Positions 1 through 11,779 of a stretch of DNA of 59,600 nt are shown piece by piece. This DNA comes from Octopus bimaculoides (lineage: Eukaryota). The stretch is from the NCBI RefSeq assembly GCF_001194135.2, contig NC_068982.1:8881424-8941023 (forward strand). The letters run 5' to 3'. Below the pieces are notes generated by a model. It ran no database searches, was not told the DNA's origin, and saw nothing but the letters and a program-made list of their open reading frames with translations. The stretch's first letter is position 1. The number at the start of each line of letters is the position of its first letter. The position numbers and the translations under genes are program-made.

Positions 1-174
1 TTATTTCTCAAAATACAATGTTTATATACCAAAAAGATTTTATAACATTTTTCTAACATTTCTCTAACATTTTTCTGACATAATTTAAATATATACTTTA
101 ACCAAGTAACACAAGCCTTCTGTAGTTTTTTCACTATTATTATCTTTTATATATGTATGTATATAATCAGCAGA

Positions 175-825
175 GTAGCCAGTTAGAAAATCTCAATAAC
201 AGTGTAGTAACTATACTGACAAGTAAAGTTCAGCGCCTCATCAATATTGCTTTTCAATGTTACTACCGCTTTAACGCCAGACAGATCTTCCGCCGGATGG
301 TGATAAGTGCACCCCGCACTCTGTCTATATTGTAAGTAGAGGAGCGAACCCCCTACCATCCTCCGCAAGATGACAGAATCGTGAGACCGAATCGGTTTCG
401 GGCTATTTCTGCCCATCCTCAGTCGCGACCGCATTAACGCTAGAGAGATGGCAAAAGTTCGCTCTGGCAATGTATAGAAAACAAAGCGAGCATTGGTCAC
501 TGATTTGCAACAAGCAAAGTATCCAGTTAGAAAATCACAGTAAGAGATGAGAGTAGTAACTATACTGACAGGTAAAGTTAATCGGCAAATCAATATGGCT
601 GTTGGATATATTTCGCGCTGGAGTGGACGCTTGCCATCTCTAGCGGTCGGGTGTTAGCGATTAATGATGAGCAGAAAGAGTCCGAAACCGAATCGGTCTC
701 GCCATCCCTTCGTGTAAGGACAGGGTTTCGCTATCCTACTTGCAATATGTACAGGGTGCCGGCTGTACCTATAACCATCTGGCGGAAGATCTGCTTGGTG
801 GGGAGGGTTAAAACGGTAATAACAT
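175..825. repeat. Composite repeat: direct repeat (175-251 / 519-600) interleaved with a ~210 bp inverted repeat (257-468 / 617-825); MITE/foldback-like
   Basis: ATGTTACTACCGCTTTAAC..CAGATCTTCCGCCGGATGG..GAGACCGAATCGGTTTCGG on the left matches the reverse complement of 680-825. CCAGTTAGAAAATC..GTAGTAACTATACTGACA.GTAAAGTT occurs twice in direct orientation. Confidence 0.8.
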
Positions 826-862
826 CAAACAACCATATTAATTTAGCGATTAATTTACATGT

Positions 863-866
<4 letters not shown>

Positions 867-945
<79 letters not shown>
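867..945. repeat. (TG)n microsatellite
   Basis: Direct reading. Confidence 0.98.
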
Positions 946-947
<2 letters not shown>

Positions 948-1471
948 ACGTATGTATGTGGCTATGTCCAGGAATTCAGTTGTATAGAAATTAGAGGTGG
1001 GCTGGAGTTATTAAATGTATTCCCCCTTTGTTACTGAGCTCACTTGTAATGAATAAATATATCCGTATTAACAATGCTAATTACAATGATAAAATCAGTT
1101 TTACAACAACGTATACACAATGGACTGGTAGAAGTCATTTAACATACATGAGATGTGGGCGATCAACTGATTCTAAAAGGTAGCAAAAAAAACAAAGTAC
1201 AGGACAAATCAAACCAAGGCTACTTCTAATGACATTTAATTAAGCATTAGTCAATATTTTCATGGTAAATATTACACATTCACTCAATAAACTCAATATT
1301 TCCTACCAAAAATGGTATCCCTCGATGACTATTTGTGATGCTTGTGAAGTAATGCTAGACTGAAAGAGAAAATAAATTTCGAATTTTAATGTAATTATGA
1401 CACGCAAATGTCAGCTTTTTTTAAGACTTCATCTCATGATGTGGCCTCAGTTTCTACGATTTGTATAACTA

Positions 1472-1680
1472 GGCGAGCTGGCAGAATCGTTAGCACTCCG
1501 GGAAAAATGTTTAGTGGAATTTCATCTGTGTTTACGTCATGATTTCAAATTCCGCTGGGTTGACTTTGTCTTTCATCCTTGTTTCATGGTCGATAAATTA
1601 AGTACCAATTTAGCAATGAGATCCATATAATCGACTTTATCCTTCTGAAATTTCTGGCCTGCTGTCAATGTTTGAAACTA
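1472..1680 (+). mobile_element. SINE family A (GGCGAGCTGGCAGAATCGTTAGCAC head), degenerate copy
   Basis: Shares head, GTTCAAATTCC B-box-like motif and GTCGATAAATTAAGTACCA body with more than 15 other copies in the window. Confidence 0.8.
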
Positions 1681-2380
1681 ATGCATGTGACTTGTATTAC
1701 ATACATAGGTTATTAGGAATATATATATATATATAACGTGATTGGTTTATGGTGGCATATAATATAATGCATTGCGCATTTCTTCAGCTCCTCAAACGTA
1801 TTACCATAGCTCAAGTATCTACAACGGTAATTAATTCGTTTGCTATGAGAAATACGTAAATACACGAACAAGCAACCACACAAACCGACAACACACACAC
1901 ACACATACATTTATTTACGCGCAGAAAGTTACATATCCTCATACATATTGGGTTGAATTACTTATTTTAAAAACTCATAAAATAATCAGAAACATATTGG
2001 GTAGGTGCATAATCATTGCGGCTTTTTTTCAACAAATTTTATTCAACAAAAACAATGACATGTAACAAAAACATCTTTAATGGATTATTCCGGAGCATAT
2101 TCACCATCTCCTTCAATTTCTGCTCCCTATTTTCTTGGCAGTCGGTCAGACCGTCATTTGAAGATGTTTTTGTGCACTAACCCAATATATTTACACACCT
2201 GATTGGATTTTAAACACACATATATACAATATATATATATATATGTTATGAGCAATAGTGGTGTCAATTAGACCCAGAGGTTTCAGGTAATGCTGAGTGC
2301 TACGGATAGACCATAGTTAAGCTCCAGGTTCGGTGATTATGCGAATAAGGGGTCCAACGTAGGTCATATATCAGCATGTG

Positions 2381-2544
2381 TATATAAGGATTTTATTGTT
2401 CGTAATGAGATAAAAAATCCAAGGCTGTGTACGTTATAGAATATTTATAAAAAGGTCTTACAGCTGTAAAATCTATTTATAAAGGTTCTATATTATATAC
2501 AGCCTTGGTTTTTCTTATCTCATTACGAAAAATAAATCCTTATA

Positions 2545-2546
<2 letters not shown>
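2381..2546. repeat. 166 bp loop-less palindrome centred on CAGCTG
   Basis: The 83 nt left arm matches the reverse complement of the 83 nt right arm (about 80% by eye); centre at 2463/2464. Confidence 0.9.

Positions 2547-2550
<4 letters not shown>

Positions 2551-2633
<83 letters not shown>
2551..2633. repeat. (CA)n microsatellite
   Basis: Direct reading. Confidence 0.98.
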
Positions 2634-2635
<2 letters not shown>

Positions 2636-2644
2636 ACACCACAT

Positions 2645-2845
2645 GTGAATCGTTGGCGACTTTTTTTTCATCCGTCTTCATTTTCTATTGAACTCCCCTC
2701 TGCCACCTGCTTCCGAAGAAGAGCTTTGCTCGAAATATAAAACCACCTTTTTTTACCTTTTCTGAGCTTCCGCTAATACTTTATATGTACCACGTCCTCA
2801 ATTGTGTTTTTTGTGTTTGTTCTTCGTTTTTTTGGGGTGTGGATT

Positions 2846-2850
<5 letters not shown>
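2645..2850 (+). mobile_element. ~200 bp short repeat carrying an HHR-like motif with CCGAAGA core (copy 1 of 3)
   Basis: Homologous to 9645-9845 and 52370-52565. CCGAAGA at 2713-2719, GAGC/GCTC stem, GAAA at 2732-2735; ends in (TA)n. Confidence 0.75.
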
Positions 2851-2880
<30 letters not shown>

Positions 2881-3034
2881 TGGGGGCGGTCGTGCAAAGT
2901 GTTTGAAGTAGTGTATAGATATTGTATATTGAGAAAAAGGAGTTTATTAGAATTTGGGATAATCCTTTACTATCATTTTTGTTCGTTTTCGAACTCGCGA
3001 AGTCAAAATCAAACATATATATAAGTATTCTGTT

Positions 3035-3211
3035 ATTTTTCAGTTCACTGCGGCCCTGCTGGAGCACCGCTTTTAGTCGAACAAATAGACCCGAGAGCTT
3101 ATTCTTTGTAAGCCTAATACTTATACTGTCGGACTCTTTCGCCGAACCACTAGGTTACTGGGACGCAAACATACCTACATCGATTGTCAAGCAATGGAGA
3201 GGGGCAAACAC

Positions 3212-3248
<37 letters not shown>

Positions 3249-3427
3249 GTATATATATATATATATATACACAACAAGCTTCTTTCAGTTTCGTCCACCA
3301 AACAAACGCACAAGGCTTTGGTGGGCCCGAGGCTATAGTAGAAGACACTTGCCCAAGGTGCTACGCAGTGGGACTGAACCCGGAACCATGTGGTTGGTAA
3401 GCAAGCTACGTACCACACAACCACTCG
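3035..3427 (-). mobile_element. SINE family B (tRNA-like head, CCTTGGGCAAG core-like block, internal TA/CA microsatellite)
   Basis: Reverse strand reads GAGTGGTTGTGTGGTAC..CCGGGTTCAGTCCCACTGCGTAGCACCTTGGGCAAG; at least 8 copies in the window. Confidence 0.85.
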
Positions 3428-3829
3428 TTTAATGATATACGTATATTTCACTTTTTGAAATTATGATACATAAGGTACATCTATTTAAATATGGAATTCA
3501 AGTGAATAAGCAGACCTAATATTTGTTCAGGAATTAAATCGCTGCTCTTTAGTTCTTTCTCTATTTCTTCACTTCTCTCTATATTCTAAGTACAAATTTT
3601 ATACTGTAATTTAAGATCGATTTTTAAAAATCGATATTATAGACACCATGATTATGCTATATTTTATATAGTCAACATTGTGCTTTATTTAAAGATTAGG
3701 TTGCATAGAAACTTTTTATGTGATATTACTGGAACCAATTTTTTTTTTCTTTTAGACGTAGGAACTACAATCGAATCCTAAAGGAAGTATTATTAAACAA
3801 TATAGTAATCACTCTCCATATCGCTGAAG

Positions 3830-4085
3830 GTAACGGCAATCGAGATACCTATTTCTTTACTGCACACAAGGGGTTATACACAGAGGGGACAAACAAGGAC
3901 AGACAAACAGATTAAGTCGATTATATCGACCCCAGTGCGTAACTAGTACTTATTTAATCGACCCCCGAAAGGATGAAAGGCAAAGTCGACCTCGGCGGAA
4001 TTTGAACTCAGAACGTAGCGGCAGACGAGATACCGCAAAGCATTTCGCCCGGCGTGCTACCGATTCTGCCAGCTCGCTGTCCTTC
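3830..4085 (-). mobile_element. SINE family A, near full-length monomer
   Basis: Reverse complement of the 39341-39580 monomer. Confidence 0.85.
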
Positions 4086-5339
4086 TTTAGTGTAATACTG
4101 TGGTAATTATGTTGATATATTTGTAGCATGGAGGAAAGCAATTCCTTAAAATAGTTCTATAAACGTACAGTACAAGTATTTCAATTGTATGCCCAATCAT
4201 AGATCTGAAATTAATCCTCAAAAATTTCAAAAACCATTAACCCATTTTTGGGGAGAAAATAAATATATTCCCCAAAGGTAAAAATATTTTGATTAATAAT
4301 CAAGTACGGATATCGGTCCCTATTTCCTAGAAACATTTAATTTTTGTCAATTACATATCCTATACATGTTTTTTTTTTCTTCTTTTATTTAATTTCATTA
4401 ATAGCAAGCTCTGTGATAATATTATCAACCACAACTTCCTTCCTTTTTTTTCTTTAGAAATGCTGGAGACATGATTAACCTTATCGATAATCACATCTTA
4501 CTCGTAATCCAGCTCACAATATGGATTTCTTTCTTTTCTTCCTCATTTTCTTTATCTTCTTTTTGTTTTTCTTCATTTTCTTTTTCTTTTTCTTCATTTT
4601 CTTTTTATTGTTGTCGTTGTTGTGCTACTTGTACTGGTTCTTCTTCTTCTTCTACTTTTTATCTATTTACTTTCTTCGTGTTTCTTCATCTTACTTTCTT
4701 TCATCAACAGCATCGTTATCACCATTTGTTCATTTCTTATTATCCCATGTAATTTCAAACGTACATTACTAATGTCGTCCTGACTGCGATGGGAAAGTGT
4801 AATTGATTCATGCTTACGGCATAATCGACATTGAAGTTAATTAAACATACGGTTTCATATCCGTGTGTATTTAATTTAGCTTTGAATGTAAGCCCGCGAG
4901 GCGCTTTTAGCAGCACGGAATGGGGATTTATTCTACTTTTTCATTATTATAACTCACCAATTTATTACTAAATCATATGAAGCAGGATACTACATGATAT
5001 ATATAATAAAAATGCATTATTTACAAAATATATTGAGGACAATTGCCCGACTTAAGTTACTGTGATAACAGTCAAGCATATCTTACGTAATAGACAGTGA
5101 CGTCGATTTGAGTTTGATAGTTTAAGTTGCTTGGCCCGCAGCTGTGGTTATTGTTATCAAGGATATTATTAGGGCAGCGAAATGGTTAAATCGTTTGCGC
5201 GTTGGATTGCCTCTGGATCTTTATCTTCTCAGTTCAAATGCGATGGAAGTCAACTTTGCCTTACATCCGCCGATGAAATAAATACCAGTTAAACACTGAG
5301 GTTGTTCTAATCGTCTCCCACACCCCCACAAAAAACAAT

Positions 5340-5800
5340 GTTGGCTTTGTGTCCATAATCATCATCATTGAGTGAGAGAGCAGCACATGCTATCAAAGTG
5401 ACGTTGGAGTGCAAATAAGCGAAACCCAATACAGATATCATGACTACACGTCTGATAAGGATACACCAGGCACGTGCATCACAACCATATGTGTGCATCA
5501 TGGTGGCCGCCTATCAAGATAAACTGCGCATAACCTTTCACCTGAGCCCCAATTACAAACTTCTTCAGGCCAAGTATCCCATCCAGCTCAAAAGGTCCCT
5601 AAATAAGGGTTGTTTAAGGATGATGAACGAAACACCAAGGTTTCCAGAGGGGAATTATTCAAACCTTCGAAGAGTACTTCTCAGCACATGGATATGATGC
5701 TCTCCCACTACTGCTGCTCACGTTCAGTGATGCACATACTGTCCGGCACTAATGGACATGCTCAACTGTCCAAAGTCAAGCAACTGATAAACGAATGAGC
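5340..5800 (+). mobile_element. Possible highly decayed Gypsy-type integrase fragment
   Basis: Translation ALCP*SSSLSERAAHAIKVTL resembles the integrase HPQSNGLAERAVQTIK motif; many stops. Confidence 0.25.
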
Positions 5801-5914
5801 GGCACTGAGTAGAACATGTCCTGTGGTTCATCTTTCATACCAAGACATGTAGATATTAACACTTGCAATCAGTTAAGATCAGAAGCCATGAGAGCCGCTG
5901 CCTTGTATTATTAA

Positions 5915-6085
5915 TACGCCGGGGGAAATGCTTCGCGGTATTTCGCCCGTCTTTACGTTCTGAATTCAAATTCTACCGAGGTCCACTTCGGGATCGATAA
6001 ATTAAGTACCAGTGAAACATTGGGGTCGATGTAATCGACTAGCACCCTCGCCTCATATTCCAGGCGTTGTGAGTATAGTAGAAAG
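5915..6085 (+). mobile_element. SINE family A fragment
   Basis: ACGCCGGGGGAAATGCTTCGCGGTATTTCG..GATAAATTAAGTACCAG..GGGGTCGATGTAATCGACT. Confidence 0.8.
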
Positions 6086-6301
6086 GATTATTATAATTAT
6101 TTCGTGGTGCAGGGATTTTGTCAGTGAACAGGTCGCTGCTTCAAAGCGACGAAAATATTTCGACAAATTAAATTTAAATGTTGAAGTAAATCTAACGGTT
6201 TTTGTGTGTCTTCAAATGGCTCATAACGTTGCACGCTGCAATTGTTTTTGTTTCAGCACACGATCTCAGATCAGGCGACTTGTTATGGAAGTGCATCTCC
6301 G

Positions 6302-6344
<43 letters not shown>

Positions 6345-6378
6345 ATGTACTGATTCATGAAGAAAATTAAAAAAAAAA

Positions 6379-7290
6379 GTTGATTGTTTAGATGTTTCCC
6401 TAGATTTAAACTCCGCCTCGTATAAACTTTTCCATAAGCCTAATGGGAAACTCGTATATATACATAAACAGTCTTGTCACTCTCCTGTTGTATTCAAAAA
6501 TCTGATAGCTAATATTAGCGTCTAATCTCTCTTCTTCCAAAGAAATTTTCGAGAAACCTGCTCCCTATTATAACAAGGCCGTAACCAATTGTGGCTTTAG
6601 AGACAAATTAATATATAATCCCTCTAAAAATCAAAATATTAATAGTAGATCTAGTGGCATCAAAGATAAAGTAGTACTTAACCACTATAGTATTAATTAG
6701 GATTAATAAGAAACCTAAAAATAGGCCAAAGATGATTATTTAGTTCGCCGCTCCCTTTTCCCTTAATATAAAAACTAACGTCGGTAAAAGATTCCTGTCA
6801 CTCACAGATACAGAAAAAATGTATAATGGGCATTCTGTGAAATTATCATATAGCTGCTGCCACAATAGGAATAGTGTCATTACACGTGGTCAATACCAAG
6901 AACGTGAATCCAGTTGCAACTGTCGGGGCTCAGGATGATGTTCACTTGACCAACGATGTACGACTAGATCTATCATATATGAGGTAGAAGTTACTACAAT
7001 GCTAAATAATAATACAGCTGATAAGAAGACCTGTATTGGATTATATGAAGGAGAATTTAAAGATCGCGATGCCAATCACATAGGAACAAAAGTAAAGCTA
7101 CGAAGTCTGTTAGCTACGTATGGACTTCGAAAGATAACAAATCACCTTATGGGATTAAATGGAAAGTAATTGAGACATCCCTACTTTATATGAATGGATA
7201 GAATAAATGTAGATTTTGTTTAGCTGAAAGAGCGCAAATCTTGTTCAGATCTAAGATCCCGAACTCTCTATTGAACTCGAGGTCAAACGG
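6379..7290 (+). mobile_element. Decayed Penelope-like element: RT C-terminus/thumb plus GIY-YIG endonuclease
   Basis: Stop- and frameshift-ridden translation: VDCLDVSLDL..KPNGKLVYIHKQSCHSP; PFSLNIKTNVGKRFLSL..VKLSYSC; CNCRG..IIYEVEV..KKTCIGLYEGEFKDRDANH; IKWKVIE..KCRFCLAERAQIL..LLNSR. Confidence 0.85.
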
Positions 7291-8101
7291 TTTCAGTGGT
7301 GGAATGCACATGTATAAATATATTCTGAAGAATTGGAAAATTTTGCTTATTCCTGACTAGCTTGATATCTTTCCAGCTTTATCATTTAAGGTCTAAGTAG
7401 GATAGCTCTTTTATCATTTTATCTTTTACTATTTATTTTTGTATTTTAGTTTCTGTTTTTCGTTTTCCGGTGTTTACTGTTTCTATATCCTGCCTTCTCA
7501 TTTTATTTCGTGTTATTCAATTTCTTTAGTTCGATATGATATTATGCTTGTGCATTTTGATACGTACTGGAGCAATTGTCTTCGAAGACTCATATTTTCG
7601 TTCAATGCTCGAAATGAGGAGTAGATGGACAGCCGACAATTGATAAAGGGTCGTTCTTTATGTTACTTGTTTTGTTTTCCATTTGTTTCTCTCGGTGTTT
7701 GCGTATTGAACTCATTTGTTTTCGTATTTCATGTTGTTTATTGTTGGTGGTATCCTGTACCCATATATGCATATATATATGAAAAGTATTGGTATCTAGA
7801 AGACCCAAAGAGTGGCAGGTAACGCGAATTAAATACTATAGACCGTAGTTAAACTCTTGGTTCAATAGTGATACGGGTGAGGAATCTAATATAGGTCTTG
7901 TATTAGCAAGCAATATATATATATATTAAACAAAATAAGATAACAAAGCCATAGGTGTGAGTAGTTTGCAAGACAACTACAATATCTTTATACATTTTAT
8001 ATTTTATTTTTACTTTCATTCTCTTATTTCCCTATCTCCTCTTCCATAATAATTCCGTATTTCTAACTCAAATATTTACCTCTACTTAGACATTTCGCAT
8101 C

Positions 8102-8149
8102 GTCTCTGATGAAGGGGAATCTATAATATCCTAGAAACAGCTGCAAGAC
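8102..8149 (+). ncRNA. Type I hammerhead ribozyme motif with palindromic CAGCTG stem III (U16.1 mutated to C)
   Basis: GTCT-CTGATGA-a-GGGGA..TCCT-a-GAAA-CAGCTG-CA-AGAC, inside a ~280 bp element between two (TA)n tracts. Confidence 0.7.
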
Positions 8150-8205
8150 TATATCTATATGTTTTTCCTTATAAATGTCCTGAAAACTACTCTCAGCATT
8201 GGCAT

Positions 8206-8271
<66 letters not shown>

Positions 8272-9644
8272 TATATATGTGTGTGTGTGTACGTACGTAA
8301 GTAGATATTAACTTCAAACATTATCTAAGAACATTTCATTTATGCATCAACAGCAACATTGCACAGTTGATTTGTATTCCTTTACTAAAAGTTCGAATAA
8401 TTTGTTGCGAAGACAGATAGACCATACTCAAACCTATGCTTTGTTTGAACGTGTTATTTATTATTGGCATTGCTTCGCTTAAAGTTCATGTGCTTATGTA
8501 TATGTGCATATGTACGCTCATGCGTGCAAAGTCTCCATATAATCACATCTCGTTGCTAATTATCGTAGTTAGAGAGACAATTTAATGTCATCACTTCATT
8601 TATTTAGGGCTAGTGATGTTTAATATTATACCAGTTCTGATCAGGTTTCGGATCATAGAACATGTTAACATGTCCCTTGTTAACGTATTTCGTTAAGTAT
8701 TCACTTATGTTGGATTTGCTCCCCAAATTAATTTAAGCATTCTCTAATATATCAATCTCGGTTCCTTTCTTTCGTTCAAACTTCTAATGTATATATATAA
8801 ATATATATATATATATAGAGAGAGAGAGAAAGACAAAGTGAGAGAGAGAGAGAGAGAGAGAGCGTACTCATATATGCGTATGTATGTATGTGTGTGTTTG
8901 TATGTATATATGTTCGTGTGTATATCATATTAATTATATGCATATAATGTTTGTGTGCCCCTATACAAGTGTATGTAACAATAATTATTTTGTTATAAAA
9001 TGAGTTGTAAATAATTGAAAATTATTGCGCTCAGTAGCAATATGGAATTATAATCTTATTAACATGACATCACTATTAAAACATAAAACAATATTTTCAT
9101 GAAATTTGTTTCTAAATCTGCATCGGATAATTTCAACAGACTATTTAATAAATTAACGATTCTTCAAGTTATATTTTCAATTAAATTTCAAAATTTGATT
9201 CACTGTTTTATGAAATATTTCACAATTCCTCTGGAATTGAGAATGTAATTTTATTCTGGATCGTGTATATCGGATAACCTATCATATCATATATTGTTTT
9301 ACTCATATGATCAAATATATATTGGTTATAAAAGGTGTATTTTCTTTGCTTAAAAAGCTTTGAGAATGAAGCAATATAAAGCTAGGAATATATTAAGTGT
9401 TTCTTCTTGGGCATAAGGGAAAATAGAAATTACTTTGTTACATCTGTCTCCTAAAGATTCAGAATATATCTTTATTAAATCTGTTCCGTATTTTCTTTGT
9501 GAAAGTAAGCAAATGAACTTCAAATAGGATTCTTACTCACACACACAAACAAAATGAACAAAAGAGAAAACAGGAATGAAATTGGATTTATCACGAATAA
9601 GGTTTATTCCATATATATACATATATATATATATTCCACAATGT

Positions 9645-9845
9645 AACCTCGTGGATATCGTTGGCGATTTTTCTTCCTCCGTCTTCCCTTCTTTGAACTT
9701 TCTTATGTTTCCGACGAAGAGCTCCGCTCGAAACGTCAAATTCTCTTTCTTTCCTTTACCGAGCGTCCAGTAACACAATATCTGTATCACATCCTCGCAT
9801 TGTTGTTTTCTGTTGTTTTTTTGTCGTTTTTCTTTTTTGAACTAT
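9645..9845 (+). mobile_element. ~200 bp short repeat carrying an HHR-like motif with CCGACGA core (copy 2 of 3)
   Basis: GTTT-CCGACGA-a-GAGC-tcc-GCTC-GAAA-CG-TC-AAAT at 9707-9741; ends in (TA)n. Confidence 0.8.
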
Positions 9846-9861
9846 ATATACATACATACAT

Positions 9862-9923
<62 letters not shown>

Positions 9924-9974
9924 GTATGTATGTATATATATAGGATAAAGATTAAAATCGTCCTTCGTTCATCA

Positions 9975-10286
9975 ATGACCTTGGTATTGTGCCTAGAAAG
10001 TTCCTCTTCGAGGTACAAATCAGGACAAGGTCGTTCACGGAAGACCAACAGTCACCCATGCCCACCAGCCCCCTCTCTTCACGCCACCGATGTCATGCAA
10101 GGGAAAGGCAAAGGGGCTGATACAGCTGGGCACCGGTGACGTCGCAACTCATTTCTACAGCTGAGTGAACTGGAGCTACCTGAAATAAGGTGTCTTGCTC
10201 AAGACGCAACACACAACCAGGCCCGGGAATCGAGCTCACTACCACAGGATTGTGAGTCTGATAATCTAGGCACTGAGCCATACGCC
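9975..10286 (-). mobile_element. SINE family D (tRNA-like head plus CORE-like block, distinct 3' tail)
   Basis: Reverse strand: GGCGTATGGCTCAGTG..GAGCTCGATTCCCGGG..GTCTTGAGCAAGACACCTTATTTCAGGTAGCTCCAGTTCACTCAGCTGTAGAAATGAGT; head and core shared with 15240-15365. Confidence 0.8.
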
Positions 10287-10329
10287 GTCACACACACACA
10301 TGCATTCACACATATTGGTGGAACGTCAG

Positions 10330-10600
10330 ATTCTCGAAACTACGTCACCAGCTTCAATAAAATCCTCAAGAGGCACTCGAAATCTTTGGAGAGATTTTTG
10401 GGTGGCAACTTGATAAAAAGGAAATCTGATTTTACTTGGTCCATAATAAGACATGCACAACCATAGGATACCCTTTTGAGGAGGTGCAGATTATGCACCG
10501 GAAGATGGCTGTGCATTTTGTGAAACAGTGAGAAACTCATGAACAAAATTTCAGATGCTTGCATGCTAGTAAATGCACTCTCGCACAATACAACAGACAC
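10330..10600 (+). mobile_element. Decayed Penelope-like GIY-YIG C-terminal fragment
   Basis: Translation FTWSIIRHAQP*DTLLRRCRLCTGRW..EKLMNKIS parallels the W..I..PY...KRC.LC..E..I..LLN motif seen at 7170-7290 and 28094-28250. Confidence 0.6.
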
Positions 10601-11061
10601 AAATTAGCTTAGCTTAATCACTGACTTAATCAATAATTACAGTTTACCTAATTGCGTCGATAAATAACCGAAATCTTCCCATTCTTATAAGCACCTCGCC
10701 ACACTAGTTATTAACATCACTGAGATACAGCTTGGCCTTTGTATAATGCTTAAAGAGAGCTAAATGCCAACAGGTACTCGTTCGTACGTATCTCTGTCTA
10801 AGTGATGAAAACACCACACACGCGTAACTTCACTAGATAACCTACCCGGGCATTAATACTATCTACAGGCTATCGGCTGTTTGATTAGCCGTTCATCTAC
10901 TCTACACACCATCACGGGCTGCATATACATGCGATTATTCACTGCCAATACAACCAATATGCATAAATGGACTGTATGATCAGAGATTACGCTATGAACA
11001 CCGACTGGTTGATGTGAAGTTGTCATGTCATTTTGTTCTTCCATTATGGTATTGTATAATG

Positions 11062-11205
11062 TTCTGAGTTCAAATTCGTCCGAGGTCGACTTAGCCTTTC
11101 GGGGTTGATAAAGTAACTACCAGTTTCGTACTGGGGTCGATCTAATCGACTGGCTCCCTCCGCCAAAATTTCAGGCCTTGTGCCTATAGTAGAAAGGATT
11201 ATTAT
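11062..11205 (+). mobile_element. SINE family A fragment with alternative tail
   Basis: GTTCTGAGTTCAAATTCGTCCGAGGTCGAC..GATCTAATCGACTGGCTCCC..GGCCTTGTGCCTATAGTAGAAAGGAT. Confidence 0.8.
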
Positions 11206-11779
11206 ATTGTGTAATATTACTAGCCATGTCTCCACATAACGTACATGTATCTGTGTGCCCTATTTATCTGTGTACTTACTTGGCTGCCTATTTACGTACA
11301 ACTGTAAATATGTACGAGCCTATTCTTATACACTTTTATATAGACGTGGGAGTATCTATGTACAACAATGTTTATGTGTGTGTGTGTGCATATTAACCCG
11401 CGAAGATTCGCTTATAGACACATGTAAACGTGCCTATGTATACATATAGATATATACACAGGACTGTGTGAATGTGTGTGTGGTTACGTATACATATTCA
11501 CACAGTCCAGCGTATAAATATGGCTACATGCGCTCTACTGTGTGAATATGTGCGTGCGAGTACGCATTATTGTACGCCAATCTTTACGCCGATATTTATG
11601 ACTGTAACAAAAGCCATAAAGATAGGCGAACCAGTCCCTGTGGAGCGCAACACAGCATGTTTGATTCCTCACCAAATGTATGGCCTCCTTGGCCATTAAT
11701 CGGTACCGACTTCAATAACACATACTTATATGCGTGTGCGAGCGTGTGTACGTGCGCCAGACCATGCGTGTGCGTGCCT

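Noticed and set aside
2260-2370. Similar segments at 2260-2370 and 7790-7890, possibly Penelope ORF 3' ends (L.P.GL)
   Set aside because: Mutual similarity is visible but the protein motif is too short to assign.
4471-4772. Phe/Ser-rich hydrophobic ORFs (also 43205-43441)
   Set aside because: Translations of T/C-rich low-complexity DNA.
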